Positions 44,895 through 54,300 of a stretch of 64,000 bases of DNA are shown one piece after another; position 1 is the stretch's first letter; the number at the start of each line of letters is the position of its first letter. This DNA comes from Candidatus Latescibacterota bacterium. GTDB lineage: Bacteria; Latescibacterota; UBA2968; UBA8231. A program made the translations under genes and the position numbers. The stretch spans positions 1,440,001 through 1,504,000 of the forward strand of contig CBDCSU010000006.1 in assembly GCA_965221775.1 (NCBI GenBank). The letters run 5' to 3'. The notes beneath the pieces are model-generated. The model worked only from the letters and a program-made list of their open reading frames with translations, was not told the origin of the DNA and did not search any database.

Positions 44895-45931
44895 GCCGCC
44901 AGCCCGGGCAGGGGAGGGCGGGGGCGGGCGTCGAGCCCGAAGTCGCTGCGGTCGCCGCGGAGCAGGCGGAAGCGGCCGGCGGCGGCGATCATGGCGGCGT
45001 TGTCCGTGCACAGCACCGGCTCGGGGACGAAGAGCGCGGCCCCCCGCGCGTCGAGGGCTTCGCGCAGCCGCCGGCGCAGGCGACGGTTCGCGGCGACGCC
45101 GCCCACCAGGGCGACCCGCTCCACGCCGGTGCTCTCCACCGCCTCTTGCGTGCGGCCCACGAGGACGTCCACCACCGCCTCCTGGAAAGAGGCGGCCACG
45201 TCTTCGGTGGACGGCCGAGCCCCGCCGCCGTCCACGAGCCGGCGCCGGACCGCCGTCTTGAGACCGCTGAAGCTGAAGTCGAGGCCGTCCCGGTCGGGCC
45301 GCGCCCGGGGCAGGTCGACGGCCCGGGGATCACCGCTCGCCGCGGCCTCGGACACGACCCGGCCGCCGTGCACCGCCGAGGTGGAGGAGAGCAGGCCCAG
45401 GAGCCGGGCGACCTTGTCGAAGGCCTCCCCGGCGGCGTCGTCGAGGGTGCGGCCGAGGCAGCGGTAGTCGCCCCAGGCCCGGACGTGGATCAGCTCGGTG
45501 TGGCCCCCGGAGACGAGGAGGGCGGCGAAGGGGGGCTCCAGGCCGGCGCCGCCGAGGCGGGCCGAGAACAGGTGGCCCTCCAGATGATGGACCCCGACGA
45601 GGGCGAGGTTCCGGGCCCAGGCCAGGGCCTTGGCGAAGTTGACCCCCACGAGGAGGGAGCCCACCAGGCCGGGGCCGAAGGTGACGGCCACCGCCTGGAG
45701 GTCGTCCAGGGAGGCGCCGGCCTCCCGCAGGGCCTGCTCGACGACGGGCTGCAGGGTCCGCAGGTGGGCCCGGGAGGCCAGCTCCGGGACCACCCCCCCG
45801 TAGGCGGCGTGGTCCTGCTGGGAGAGGACGATGTTGGAGAGGACGCTCCCGCCCCCGTCGAGAACGGCGGCGGAGGTCTCGTCGCAGGAGGTCTCGAGGC
45901 CGAGGAGGGTCACTCGCTCGCGGCCTTCCAC
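44891..45931 (-). CDS. tsaD: tRNA threonylcarbamoyltransferase TsaD
   Basis: LETSCDET, HHLEGH, SGGHT, DDAAGEAFDK, CTDNAAMI. Confidence 0.96.
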   Translation of the reverse strand: MEGRERVTLLGLETSCDETSAAVLDGGGSVLSNIVLSQQDHAAYGGVVPELASRAHLRTLQPVVEQALREAGASLDDLQAVAVTFGPGLVGSLLVGVNFAKALAWARNLALVGVHHLEGHLFSARLGGAGLEPPFAALLVSGGHTELIHVRAWGDYRCLGRTLDDAAGEAFDKVARLLGLLSSTSAVHGGRVVSEAAASGDPRAVDLPRARPDRDGLDFSFSGLKTAVRRRLVDGGGARPSTEDVAASFQEAVVDVLVGRTQEAVESTGVERVALVGGVAANRRLRRRLREALDARGAALFVPEPVLCTDNAAMIAAAGRFRLLRGDRSDFGLDARPRPPLPGLAA

Positions 45932-45939
45932 GTCACGGG

Positions 45940-46293
45940 CTAGGTTGAATCAGTGAGCGCCTTGACTGGCGGGGTCTCCACTGCTTTCGAGGCTTCGAGC
46001 TTGTGGATGCGATCTTCCAAGCGGCGCAGGTCGGTTCTTACCCCCTCGGCCAAGTAGGCCGCGCCGTTGTGCATGAGCACATTGCAGGAGCTCATGTTGA
46101 CCAGGATGGTGACCGTGACGAGGGCCGCAGCCGTGCAAACGATCGTCTCCTTGTGGTTCCTGAACCAACCCTCTAGACGTCTTGTCGGCTTCTCGGGCTC
46201 AGGAGGATAGTCGTCAAACAGTTCTGGGGGAGGGGCCTCAACATCGAAATCCGGGGGGACATCATCTCTGTCGTCTGGAGGCGAGGAGGCCAT
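45940..46293 (-). CDS. hypothetical protein (acidic/Pro N-terminus, one TM, coiled coil); candidate toxin
   Basis: ATG overlaps the Panacea stop (TGATG); lower-GC islet. Confidence 0.6.
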   Translation of the reverse strand: MASSPPDDRDDVPPDFDVEAPPPELFDDYPPEPEKPTRRLEGWFRNHKETIVCTAAALVTVTILVNMSSCNVLMHNGAAYLAEGVRTDLRRLEDRIHKLEASKAVETPPVKALTDST

Positions 46294-46760
46294 CACTTCT
46301 TGAATCTTCTGTGGAAGTGGCGATACAGGTCGTTCGTGGTGATCTTGTAGTCTTGGGTCTGATCGCCCCGCCTTCTCGCGGCACGCCAAGGCATCTCTCT
46401 GTGCGTCATCTGGCGGAGCCTCCAGGCTGAGAACTGTCCGAATCTGTCGTAGACGCTTCGCATCAGCTGAATCTGAGGGGCTTCAAAGTCGCCCATCAGA
46501 GGGCCTTCGGGGAGTTCCACGAGGCGAATCGGCATGCGCCCCAAGTGCGTGTATTCCTGCCACACTGAAGGCACGACGGGGCCGTGTTCCCATGCCTCAA
46601 TTCGATCCCTGAACAGCACCTGCTCTTCGAACGCAGCGACGTGGAAGCCTTGGAAGTAGTAGAGGAGCTTCTGCAACTTCATGTTGGTGATGCTGTCGCC
46701 GTCGTCGTACAGGTCGCCCATCCGCACGATATACCTCACCACAGCGTCTACGGCAGCCAT
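46293..46760 (-). CDS. Panacea (DUF4065/SocA/GepA) domain antitoxin
   Basis: ITNMKLQKLLYY, IEAWEHGPVVP, LRQMTHREMPW; GGAGG RBS. Confidence 0.9.
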   Translation of the reverse strand: MAAVDAVVRYIVRMGDLYDDGDSITNMKLQKLLYYFQGFHVAAFEEQVLFRDRIEAWEHGPVVPSVWQEYTHLGRMPIRLVELPEGPLMGDFEAPQIQLMRSVYDRFGQFSAWRLRQMTHREMPWRAARRRGDQTQDYKITTNDLYRHFHRRFKK

Positions 46761-46791
46761 CGGCGGCCTCCGGGGAAGAGGGTTCCTGGAA

Positions 46792-46819
46792 AACCTAACC
46801 ACCCCTCCCGATCCGTCAA
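46792..46819 (-). promoter_or_regulatory. putative promoter of the Panacea operon
   Basis: TTGACG-16 nt-TAGGTT. Confidence 0.4.
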
Positions 46820-46888
46820 ACCGACTTTGCAGGATCGAGATGACGCTCTCAACCCGAGTCGGCAACCCCAGGCTGATCGCCCCCACCG

Positions 46889-47145
46889 TCAGCTTGACAA
46901 GATCTTCGGTGGAGCCAGCGCCTCCATCAGGTCCAGCAGGTCGGATGGACCGAAGGTGCCATCAGCCAGGCGGGCGAAGGCGATTTCTTCGACCGTTCAC
47001 GATTTTCCGGAGCCGTCCCTTGTTCAGCGGCCACGATAGCCGTTCGGCCGTCCATGATGCGGTGTGCATCAGGCCAGCGTTCAGCGAGCTGCCTCCAAGC
47101 GTATTCGGATTCCCCCGACAGGCTGATCAGGTACAGGATTCTCAC
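46889..47145 (-). pseudogene. probable disrupted small hypothetical gene
   Basis: Protein-like N-half (VRILYLISLSGESEYAWRQLAERWP) and protein-like C-half in another frame (VEEIAFARLADGTFGPSDLLDLMEAL). Confidence 0.35.
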
Positions 47146-47227
47146 GAGCGGGGTCCGGCGAGAGGTGGTTGGGTTGGGTGAGAGATTACCGTGCGCCCTC
47201 CGGGCGGTCAACCGGCGCCGAGGAGGG

Positions 47228-48169
47228 TCACTCGATCAGGGGTAGCAGGACTTCGGCCTCGGCGGGGTCGACCTGCCGGACTTCGTAGAGGCGGCCTCCG
47301 GGGACCTGGATGGGACGCGGGCCCTCGTCCGCGGCATACTCCACGAAGAGGCCGAGATCGGTTTCGGGATCCAGGGCTCCGATGAGGTCGGCGCCGCCGC
47401 GAACGCGCACGGTGACCCGGGGGGGGCTGACCGCGGCGCCGGCAGGCCCGCCGCGGACGGCGACGGGCACCTCCGGGATCTCGTACTCGGCCAGCTCCTG
47501 CACGTCGACGATGATCCTCACCTCGCCGGACTCTCCGTCGGAGAGGCGGATCATGGTGTCCGGCGGAGGCCGGACGGCGACCATGCGGTCGACGTCGGCG
47601 GTCAACTCCTGCTCCAGGAGGGAGTCGGTCTCCACGGCCTCGACGGACCGCATCTGGCTGGCAGGGCCCACCATGCGCACGGAATCCGGGGAGACGCGGA
47701 CGCCGCCGACGCGGGTGTAGGCATCGGCGACCCGGAGGTCGACCTGGGGGCGAACGGGAAAGCTGCGCTCGGCGCGGCGGTCGACCTGCAGGCTCAGCAC
47801 GCGGGGCTCGACCACCCTCTCGACACCGATTTCGTACTCGGAGTCGACCACCACCTGGTCCTCCCGCAGGCGCACGGGGAGGGTGCCGGGGCCCCGGGAC
47901 TTGGGCGCGACCCGCAACTCCAGGTCGGAGGCGGAGGTGCGCAGCAGGTCCATGCCGACACCCTTGACGACGACGCGGACCGTGGCCGGCGGCGGGCTCG
48001 CCAGGACGATGGGAAAGCCGCCGGTGGGGTTGGCGGGATCGGCGACCACCAGGGGGATCTCCAGCTCCCGGTGGAAGGAGTGTCCGCTGATGGCGTAGAG
48101 CCACAGGCCGCCGCCCATCAGGACGGCGCCGAGCTTGAGCCCCCAGTCGGCGAAGAGCCAGCGCCGCAT
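47228..48169 (-). CDS. YbbR/CdaR family protein
   Basis: DWGLKLGAV..LWLY N-terminal TM, repeated P..V.V.G YbbR domains. Confidence 0.8.
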   Translation of the reverse strand: MRRWLFADWGLKLGAVLMGGGLWLYAISGHSFHRELEIPLVVADPANPTGGFPIVLASPPPATVRVVVKGVGMDLLRTSASDLELRVAPKSRGPGTLPVRLREDQVVVDSEYEIGVERVVEPRVLSLQVDRRAERSFPVRPQVDLRVADAYTRVGGVRVSPDSVRMVGPASQMRSVEAVETDSLLEQELTADVDRMVAVRPPPDTMIRLSDGESGEVRIIVDVQELAEYEIPEVPVAVRGGPAGAAVSPPRVTVRVRGGADLIGALDPETDLGLFVEYAADEGPRPIQVPGGRLYEVRQVDPAEAEVLLPLIE

Positions 48170-48188
48170 CAGGAGGCCCGCGAGGAGG

Positions 48189-48380
48189 CTATTTCCAGGA
48201 TTCCCGGACCTCCTTGCCGACGCTCAGCTCGCCGTTGTCGATCCGGAGGTTGTATCCGCACTCCGGGTAGGTGCAGACCCAGGCCTTGTAGTGGATGGCG
48301 GCGCCGTCGCGTCCGTAGTCGGACAGCGGGACCAGCACACCCTGCTCGCACTTCAGGCAGGTAGGGAATCCAGTATCCAT
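48189..48380 (-). CDS. small Zn-ribbon protein, 63 aa
   Basis: CLKC..LVPLSDYG..YKAWVCTYPEC; purine-rich RBS region. Confidence 0.7.
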   Translation of the reverse strand: MDTGFPTCLKCEQGVLVPLSDYGRDGAAIHYKAWVCTYPECGYNLRIDNGELSVGKEVRESWK

Positions 48381-48417
48381 GCAAGAAGCCCTCCCTCTCG
48401 ATGATGCCTTCGCTCGG

Positions 48418-48870
48418 TCAGCGCGAAACGCGCGCCTGCCGCCGGGCACAGGCGCGCACGGCCTCCTCCTGGCCGGGGGTCTCCACCGACCCCGGGCGGC
48501 GGCGGCGGACCTCCTCCAGGGCGTCCTCGGGGTCGGTCCCGGTGGCCACGAGATAGCACGCGAGCATGGTACCCGTGCGCCCCAGCCCGGCCCGGCAGTG
48601 GACGGCGGCGGCCAGGCCGTCGCCCTCGGCGGCGTGGACGAACTCCAGGAAACGGTCGACCTGCCCGGGGCCCGGGACGGTCATGTCCCGCACCGGCAGG
48701 TGCAGATAGCGCAGGCCCCGCGACTCCGGCCACAGGCCCAGCTCGGTAAGGGAGACCAGGGCGCCCACGCCGGCGCCCTCCAGGGCGCGGAGATCAGCCC
48801 CCGTCAGCTCCCCCGAGAGGCCGAAGCCGGCCATGCGGCCGGGGCGGATCCAGCCGAAGTTGTGGATCAT
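48418..48870 (-). CDS. dual-specificity protein phosphatase
   Basis: P-loop VHCRAGLGRTG, RRRRPGSVET..Q. Confidence 0.88.
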   Translation of the reverse strand: MIHNFGWIRPGRMAGFGLSGELTGADLRALEGAGVGALVSLTELGLWPESRGLRYLHLPVRDMTVPGPGQVDRFLEFVHAAEGDGLAAAVHCRAGLGRTGTMLACYLVATGTDPEDALEEVRRRRPGSVETPGQEEAVRACARRQARVSR

Positions 48871-49553
48871 GGCGCCGGCGCCTCCCGGCCGGGCGGACCC
48901 TCGACCCAGTACTGGCCATCGGGGCCGACCTCCTTCTTCCAGATGGGGACCTCCTCCTTGAGCCGGTCCACCAGGTGGTGGCAGGCCTCGAAAGCCTCCC
49001 GCCGGTGGCCCGCGGCGACGCTGACGAGGATGGAGATCTCGCCGATTTCCAGGCGGCCGACGCGGTGCAGGATGCCGATCCGGCCCACCGGCCAGCGCTC
49101 CCGCGCCCGGGCGGCCAGTCGCGCCATGACGCGCTCGGCCATCTCCGGGTAGGCCTCGTACTCCAGGTACGAGGTCTCGCGCTCCCCGGTGCGGTTGCGG
49201 ACGGTGCCCGAAAAGGTGACGACAGCCCCGTCACCCGGGGCCCGCACTTGGTCCTGCAGGGCATCCACGGCAATCGCCTCCGTGACGATGCGGAAGACGT
49301 CGCCGGAGCCGCCGCTGACGGGCGGGATGAGGGCGACCTCGTCGCCATCGCTCAGGCGGGCGTCACGGGAGGCGTACTCGGCGTTCACTGCAACCTGCAG
49401 CGAGCCCGAGAGAGGCCCCAGGGACGGATGCGCGCGGCAGAGGATGTCGAGGAGCGCGGCCACGGTGGTGGGCCCATCCAACTCCACGTCGGTTTCCCGC
49501 AGGCCGGCGGCTTCACGGCAGGAGGCGAAGAACAGAACCTTCAGACGAGCCAT
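48867..49553 (-). CDS. molybdopterin synthase MoaD-MoaE fusion
   Basis: MoaD part ending IPPVSGG, followed in frame by MoaE (GAVVTFSGTVR, YEAY, HRVG, PIWKKE). Confidence 0.9.
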   Translation of the reverse strand: MARLKVLFFASCREAAGLRETDVELDGPTTVAALLDILCRAHPSLGPLSGSLQVAVNAEYASRDARLSDGDEVALIPPVSGGSGDVFRIVTEAIAVDALQDQVRAPGDGAVVTFSGTVRNRTGERETSYLEYEAYPEMAERVMARLAARARERWPVGRIGILHRVGRLEIGEISILVSVAAGHRREAFEACHHLVDRLKEEVPIWKKEVGPDGQYWVEGPPGREAPAP

Positions 49554-49645
49554 GTCCCTAATGTACAAAGGCCGCCGGATCCCGTGCGGGTTCCGGCGGC
49601 CAAGTGGCGCTCCGCGACCACTGTCGGCCCGGGCCTCGGCTCCCT

Positions 49646-51199
49646 CTACTGCAGGAGGGTCATCTTCTTCATGGAGGTGAAGGCCCCGGCGCGCAACTCA
49701 TAGTAGTAGACGCCGCTGCCTACCCTCACACCCCGCGAGTCCCGCCCGTCCCAGGTCTCGCGGTAGCTCCCGGCGGGCAAGGATGCCTCGGTGAGGGTGC
49801 GCACCCGCTGGCCGAGGCCGTCGTAGATGCGCAGGGTCACGAAGGAGCCCTCGGCGAGGTCGAAGCGGATGGTGGTGCCCGGGTTGAAGGGGTTGGGGTA
49901 GTTCTGCTCCAGGCCGCTGGCGAGCGGTACGACCTGCTCGCCGACAGCGGTGGCGAAGACGACCTCGATGGTCCCGGAGCGGCTGACGGCGCCGTTCAGA
50001 TCGATCTGCCGCAGGTAGTAGAAGACCACGTCCGCCGCGGGCGGATCGACATCGACGAACTCGTAGGTGCGGAACTCGTCGCTGGTGCCGGCGCCCGGAA
50101 CCAGGTCGCCCACGCGCTCGAAAGTCGCGCCGTCCACACTGCGGTAGACCTCCCAGCCGAGGTTGTTGGTCTGGGAGGCGACCCCCCAACGCAACAGAAT
50201 CTCGTCCTCGCCGGCGATCTCACCGGCAAAGCTGGCGAGCTCGGCAGGGACGGGAACGTCCCAGGTGACGCTGAAATCGACGCTCAGATCCCTCGACTCG
50301 CCACCGGTGTTGGGGGCGCTGGTGGCGGCCGAAACCATGGCGCTGGTGCTGCCGGCGGAGTCGTCGCCCTCGGCGTCGAGGGTGATGGAGGCGGACCCGG
50401 AGGCGTCGGTGTCCACGCTCACCTCCAGGCTCTCGCCGGCGGCCAGAGATCCCTCGCCCAGCACGTGGACGGTCTCGGAGCCGGAATTGCTCACGGTGAA
50501 GGTGACCGCCTGGCCCGCGGCGGCAGCCCCCGTGGCGTCGGCAAAGACGACGCCCAGGGTGACCTCGCCGAGGCTGCCGTCAGCGGCCGCGCCCATCCCC
50601 AGGGGCGAGTAGTCGGCGCTCACGTCGATGGCGGTGGAGGCGGTCAGGCTGGGCTCGGTGACCGGCGGAGGAGGCGGGTTGATCGTCACCGAGAGCCCGA
50701 GATCCTCGCCGGAGAACTCGTCGCGGTCCTCCCGGCTCGGGCCGACGGAGATCAGGGCGACGCTCAAGGATGCCTCCGTCTCGGCCGTGAAACTATCGGA
50801 GGTCTTCACCGAAAGGGTGATGGAAGCCTCGCCATCGACCTGATCCGGCGGCGTGACGGCGGCGGCCATGCGCACCTGGTTGTCGGTCCCCTCTTCCACC
50901 AGACCCGGTGTCAGCAGCGTCTGGACATCCTCGAAGCCGCCCCCAAGGGCGAGCCTGGCGGAGTTCAGATTGAAGTGGGCGGCGTCGGACACCTGCAGAA
51001 CAACCTCCAACTGCTTTACCCCGACGAGGCCCTCGGCCGCGACCTCCAGGCGGACCCTCTCATCCGCCCCCACACCGGCGACAGACATCTCGCCCACGAG
51101 GGTAAAGGCCGCGTTCTCGTTGTCCCCGGCGAGAACCCCGCCGGCCACGGCGAGGGAAAGGGCTACGGCGATCGGTGCTGCCTTGCGCAGAATCAGCAT
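49646..51199 (-). CDS. secreted protein with Ig/cohesin-like domains and FlgD/T9SS-like C-terminal domain
   Basis: Signal peptide, VPAELASF..TNNLGWEVYRS, QNYPNPFNP..WDGRD..SGVYYY. Confidence 0.8.
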   Translation of the reverse strand: MLILRKAAPIAVALSLAVAGGVLAGDNENAAFTLVGEMSVAGVGADERVRLEVAAEGLVGVKQLEVVLQVSDAAHFNLNSARLALGGGFEDVQTLLTPGLVEEGTDNQVRMAAAVTPPDQVDGEASITLSVKTSDSFTAETEASLSVALISVGPSREDRDEFSGEDLGLSVTINPPPPPVTEPSLTASTAIDVSADYSPLGMGAAADGSLGEVTLGVVFADATGAAAAGQAVTFTVSNSGSETVHVLGEGSLAAGESLEVSVDTDASGSASITLDAEGDDSAGSTSAMVSAATSAPNTGGESRDLSVDFSVTWDVPVPAELASFAGEIAGEDEILLRWGVASQTNNLGWEVYRSVDGATFERVGDLVPGAGTSDEFRTYEFVDVDPPAADVVFYYLRQIDLNGAVSRSGTIEVVFATAVGEQVVPLASGLEQNYPNPFNPGTTIRFDLAEGSFVTLRIYDGLGQRVRTLTEASLPAGSYRETWDGRDSRGVRVGSGVYYYELRAGAFTSMKKMTLLQ

Positions 51200-51245
51200 T
51201 CCTGGGCCCGGCCTGGTTAGGTGTCCGAAGCGAGGGGTGAATGTG

Positions 51246-51283
51246 GAAGATGGGACCCCGCCCTGGGGCGGGATCCCATCTTC
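51246..51283 (-). terminator. long hairpin downstream of the giant surface protein gene
   Basis: GAAGATGGGATCCCGCC-CCAG-GGCGGGGTCCCATCTTC (17-bp stem with one G-U pair). Confidence 0.7.
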
Positions 51284-51310
51284 AAACCACGGTGGAACTG
51301 AACCTGCCTC

Positions 51311-54300
51311 CTACTTCAGGAGCAGCATCTTCTTGTGGCTCTGGAACTCCCCGCCCGCGGTGACGCGGTAGAAGTAGATTCCGGAGGACAAGGGCTGCCC
51401 ACTGTCGTTGGTGGCATCCCACTGGTAGCTGTAGCGGCCAGCGTTCTGGAACTCGCGGTCAACCATCGTCCGCACGACCTGGCCGAGCATGTTGAAGACC
51501 TCGAGGGTGACCTCGTTGGCGTCCGGCAACTGGTACTTGATCGTGGTCTCCGGGTTGAAGGGGTTCGGGAAGTTGTTCTCGAGGGCGTAGACCTCGGGAC
51601 GCGTCTCGACCCGAATCGCGACCGGATCGGTGATCCGGTTCAACCCGTAGCTGCCGTCCTGCACGCCGCCGGCCATGACCTCGACCAGGCTCTCCTCGAT
51701 CTCCTCGATGGACCGGAAGACCAGGGTGACGCCCAGATCGCCCTCGCTGACGGTCTCGCCGAAGGCGGCGATGTGGATCTCTCCGTCGGCGTTGGCGATG
51801 ACCCGCGGCTGAGCCAGACCAGCCTCACCCAGCGGGTTGTCCTCGAAGCGCGGCTCGACGAACTCGAGGTAGCGGTCGTCGAAGTTGACGGTGAACCCGT
51901 AACCCCGAACCTCGGCGAAGTCCTCCAGGCTGACCAGCAGGGACATCTCCTCGCCGACGCGCGGCAACTCACCCGCCGCGTTGTCGATGTAGAAGCGAGC
52001 CTCGCTGTTCAGACCGGCCTTCGTCGGCACCGCCTTGCCGATGCCCGCGACCTCCTTGCCGAAGCTCTCGGCGAAGGCGAAGAAGTCGTCGACATCGATG
52101 ACGTCGTTCGGAATGATGTCGAAGGCGGCCTCGTAGAGGTCGCTCTCGGCGGTCAGACCGAAGTGGTCGGCGAAGATGAAGAAGTCGTCGTAGTCGACGC
52201 GGTTGTCAGCGCCGAAGAGCCCGACGATCCGGTTGCCGTCGCCGTCGACGACGGTGTTGCGGATGGCCATGGCCGACTTCACGATCTCCGAGGCGGTGAT
52301 CTGCTCGAGATCCTTGGGCTCCACCTTGTAGGAGTAGCGCACGCCGTTGGCAGCGGTCAGATCCTCCCAGGAGGAAGAACCGGCCGGGGCTTCGCCCAAC
52401 AGCTGCCAGGCGCCGTCGCCGATGCGGCGGGAGATGTTGTAGCCCACCACGCCGGCACTGGTGAAGACATTGCCATTCGCACCGACCGCCTGCGGCACCA
52501 CCGAGGTCATCATGCGGTCATCGATCGACCTCGTCCAGTCGATGGTGATGCTGGCACCGGCGTCACCCGGAGTGTCCAGAGCGCGGACCCAGGTGACCGG
52601 GGCGGGCGGGATATCGTCGATGGCCCGCACGGCCTCCTCGGTACGGGTGATGTGGTCGTTCAACTCGCCCTGCACCGACTTCAGGCTCGGAACCAGGCCG
52701 CCGCGCTCGTGGAAGGCCAAGGCCTCCGGAGTCAGCGTGGCGAAGACCGGACCTTCCAGGTTGCCCTGGGCGGCCTCCCGGCTCCGGACCATCGTCTCGG
52801 CCATCAACTCGTAAGGCATGGAGACGGACTGGGTGACGGTGAAGGCACGCTTGTTGTCGGTGGCGGTGGTGTCCGTAGTGGTCTCCTCGCCGCCGTCCTC
52901 GGAGCCGTCGTCCTCCGTACCGTCGTCCCCGGAGCCGTCGTCCTCCGTACCGTCGTCTTCGGCACCGTCGTCCTCCATACCGTCATCTTCGGCGCCGTCA
53001 TCCTCCATACCGTCATCTTCGGCGCCGTCGTCCTCCATACCGTCGTCTTCCATACCGTCGTCTTCCATACCGTCGTCGGCCATTCCGTCATCGGCGCCGC
53101 CCGTACGGGTGGCATCGCTGGCGAGGCCCTGGCTCTCGGCGGTGACGCCATAGAAAGTGGCATCCCCGTCGAGGGTGGCGACTACGACGCGCATGACGTC
53201 AACACCGGGGATCGCGTCCACATGACCCCAAGCCACCGGCTGGATCGTGGGCTCGGACAACTCGACCACGTTACCCTCATCGTCAGTGCCCTGGGTGACG
53301 GTGACGTCACGCCAGATGCGGTAACCGCCGTCGAGGGTAGAGTGATTGTCGGAGAGGTCGAAGGTGAGCATGACGAACCCACCCTGGTCGCCCTGGCCGA
53401 GGGCGCCCTTGTAGTCCTCGCCGACCAACTTGTCGGGAGCGTCCGGACGGTGATCCTGCTGGTCCCCGTCATCAGTGCCGTCGTCGGTGGGGGTGACCAC
53501 CGCCGGCCGCTCGGTGACCGCCACCGTCTTGGTGGCCACCGTCACCGTTTCCCCGGTGACGTTACGAACGGTGAGTGGCAAATCTCCGAGGTGGGCGTTG
53601 CTCCGAATGGAGAAGGTGGCCACGCCGTTCTTGACCTGCAGAGCACCCGGGGGCAACTCGACCCCGATGACGGACGTGCTCACCTCGACATAGTTGTCCT
53701 GGTCGAGGACCGTGTTCCCGAAGGCGTCGACGTATCTCAAACCAACGTCGACCAGCGAGTGGAGATACACCGTATCGCTGACGGAGATCGTGATCTCCTT
53801 GTAGGCCGCATGCTTGATGACGAGAGAGGAGTCCAGCTTGCCGACGAAGGTAGTGTCGCTGTCGCTGGTGAGATCCTCCACCTTGACCGTGTGGGTCTCC
53901 GGAGCCTTCTGGGCGTTCAGCTTCACGTCGGCCTTCCAGGAAACCACATCCCCGACCCTGCCGACGCCCCAGGCATCGCTCGTGAGCCTGGCCATACCGG
54001 CGGGCATGCCCTCGGTGACCACGCCCTTGCCGGAGAGGGTCAGGCCATCGCCGGAACCGCCGGAGACGGTCACCACGGCATCGTTGTTGTAATCGACCTT
54101 GCCGTAGGCGAGAGCGGCCACATTCGCCTTGTTCCACGCGTTCACCGTGAGGGTGAACTGGGGATCCTTGTGGGCCGCCACCTGCCCGCTATTCGCGAGC
54201 TTGCCCTTGTCGTCGGTTCTCGTCCCTCCGGGGGGATTCGACGAAACGCTGAAGTAGGTGATCTTCGGCACCACGTAGTTGGTGTCGTAGGTCAGCTCGC

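Noticed and set aside
45940-47220. Islet as a prophage or integrative element
   Set aside because: Only ~1.3 kb, with no integrase, att repeats or tRNA target visible.
48169-48384. Alternative 71-aa frame upstream of ybbR
   Set aside because: The overlapping frame with two Cys pairs (48189-48380) is far more protein-like.
52898-53092. 15-nt repeat as a CRISPR or non-coding element
   Set aside because: Head-to-tail, in frame within a CDS, and without spacers.
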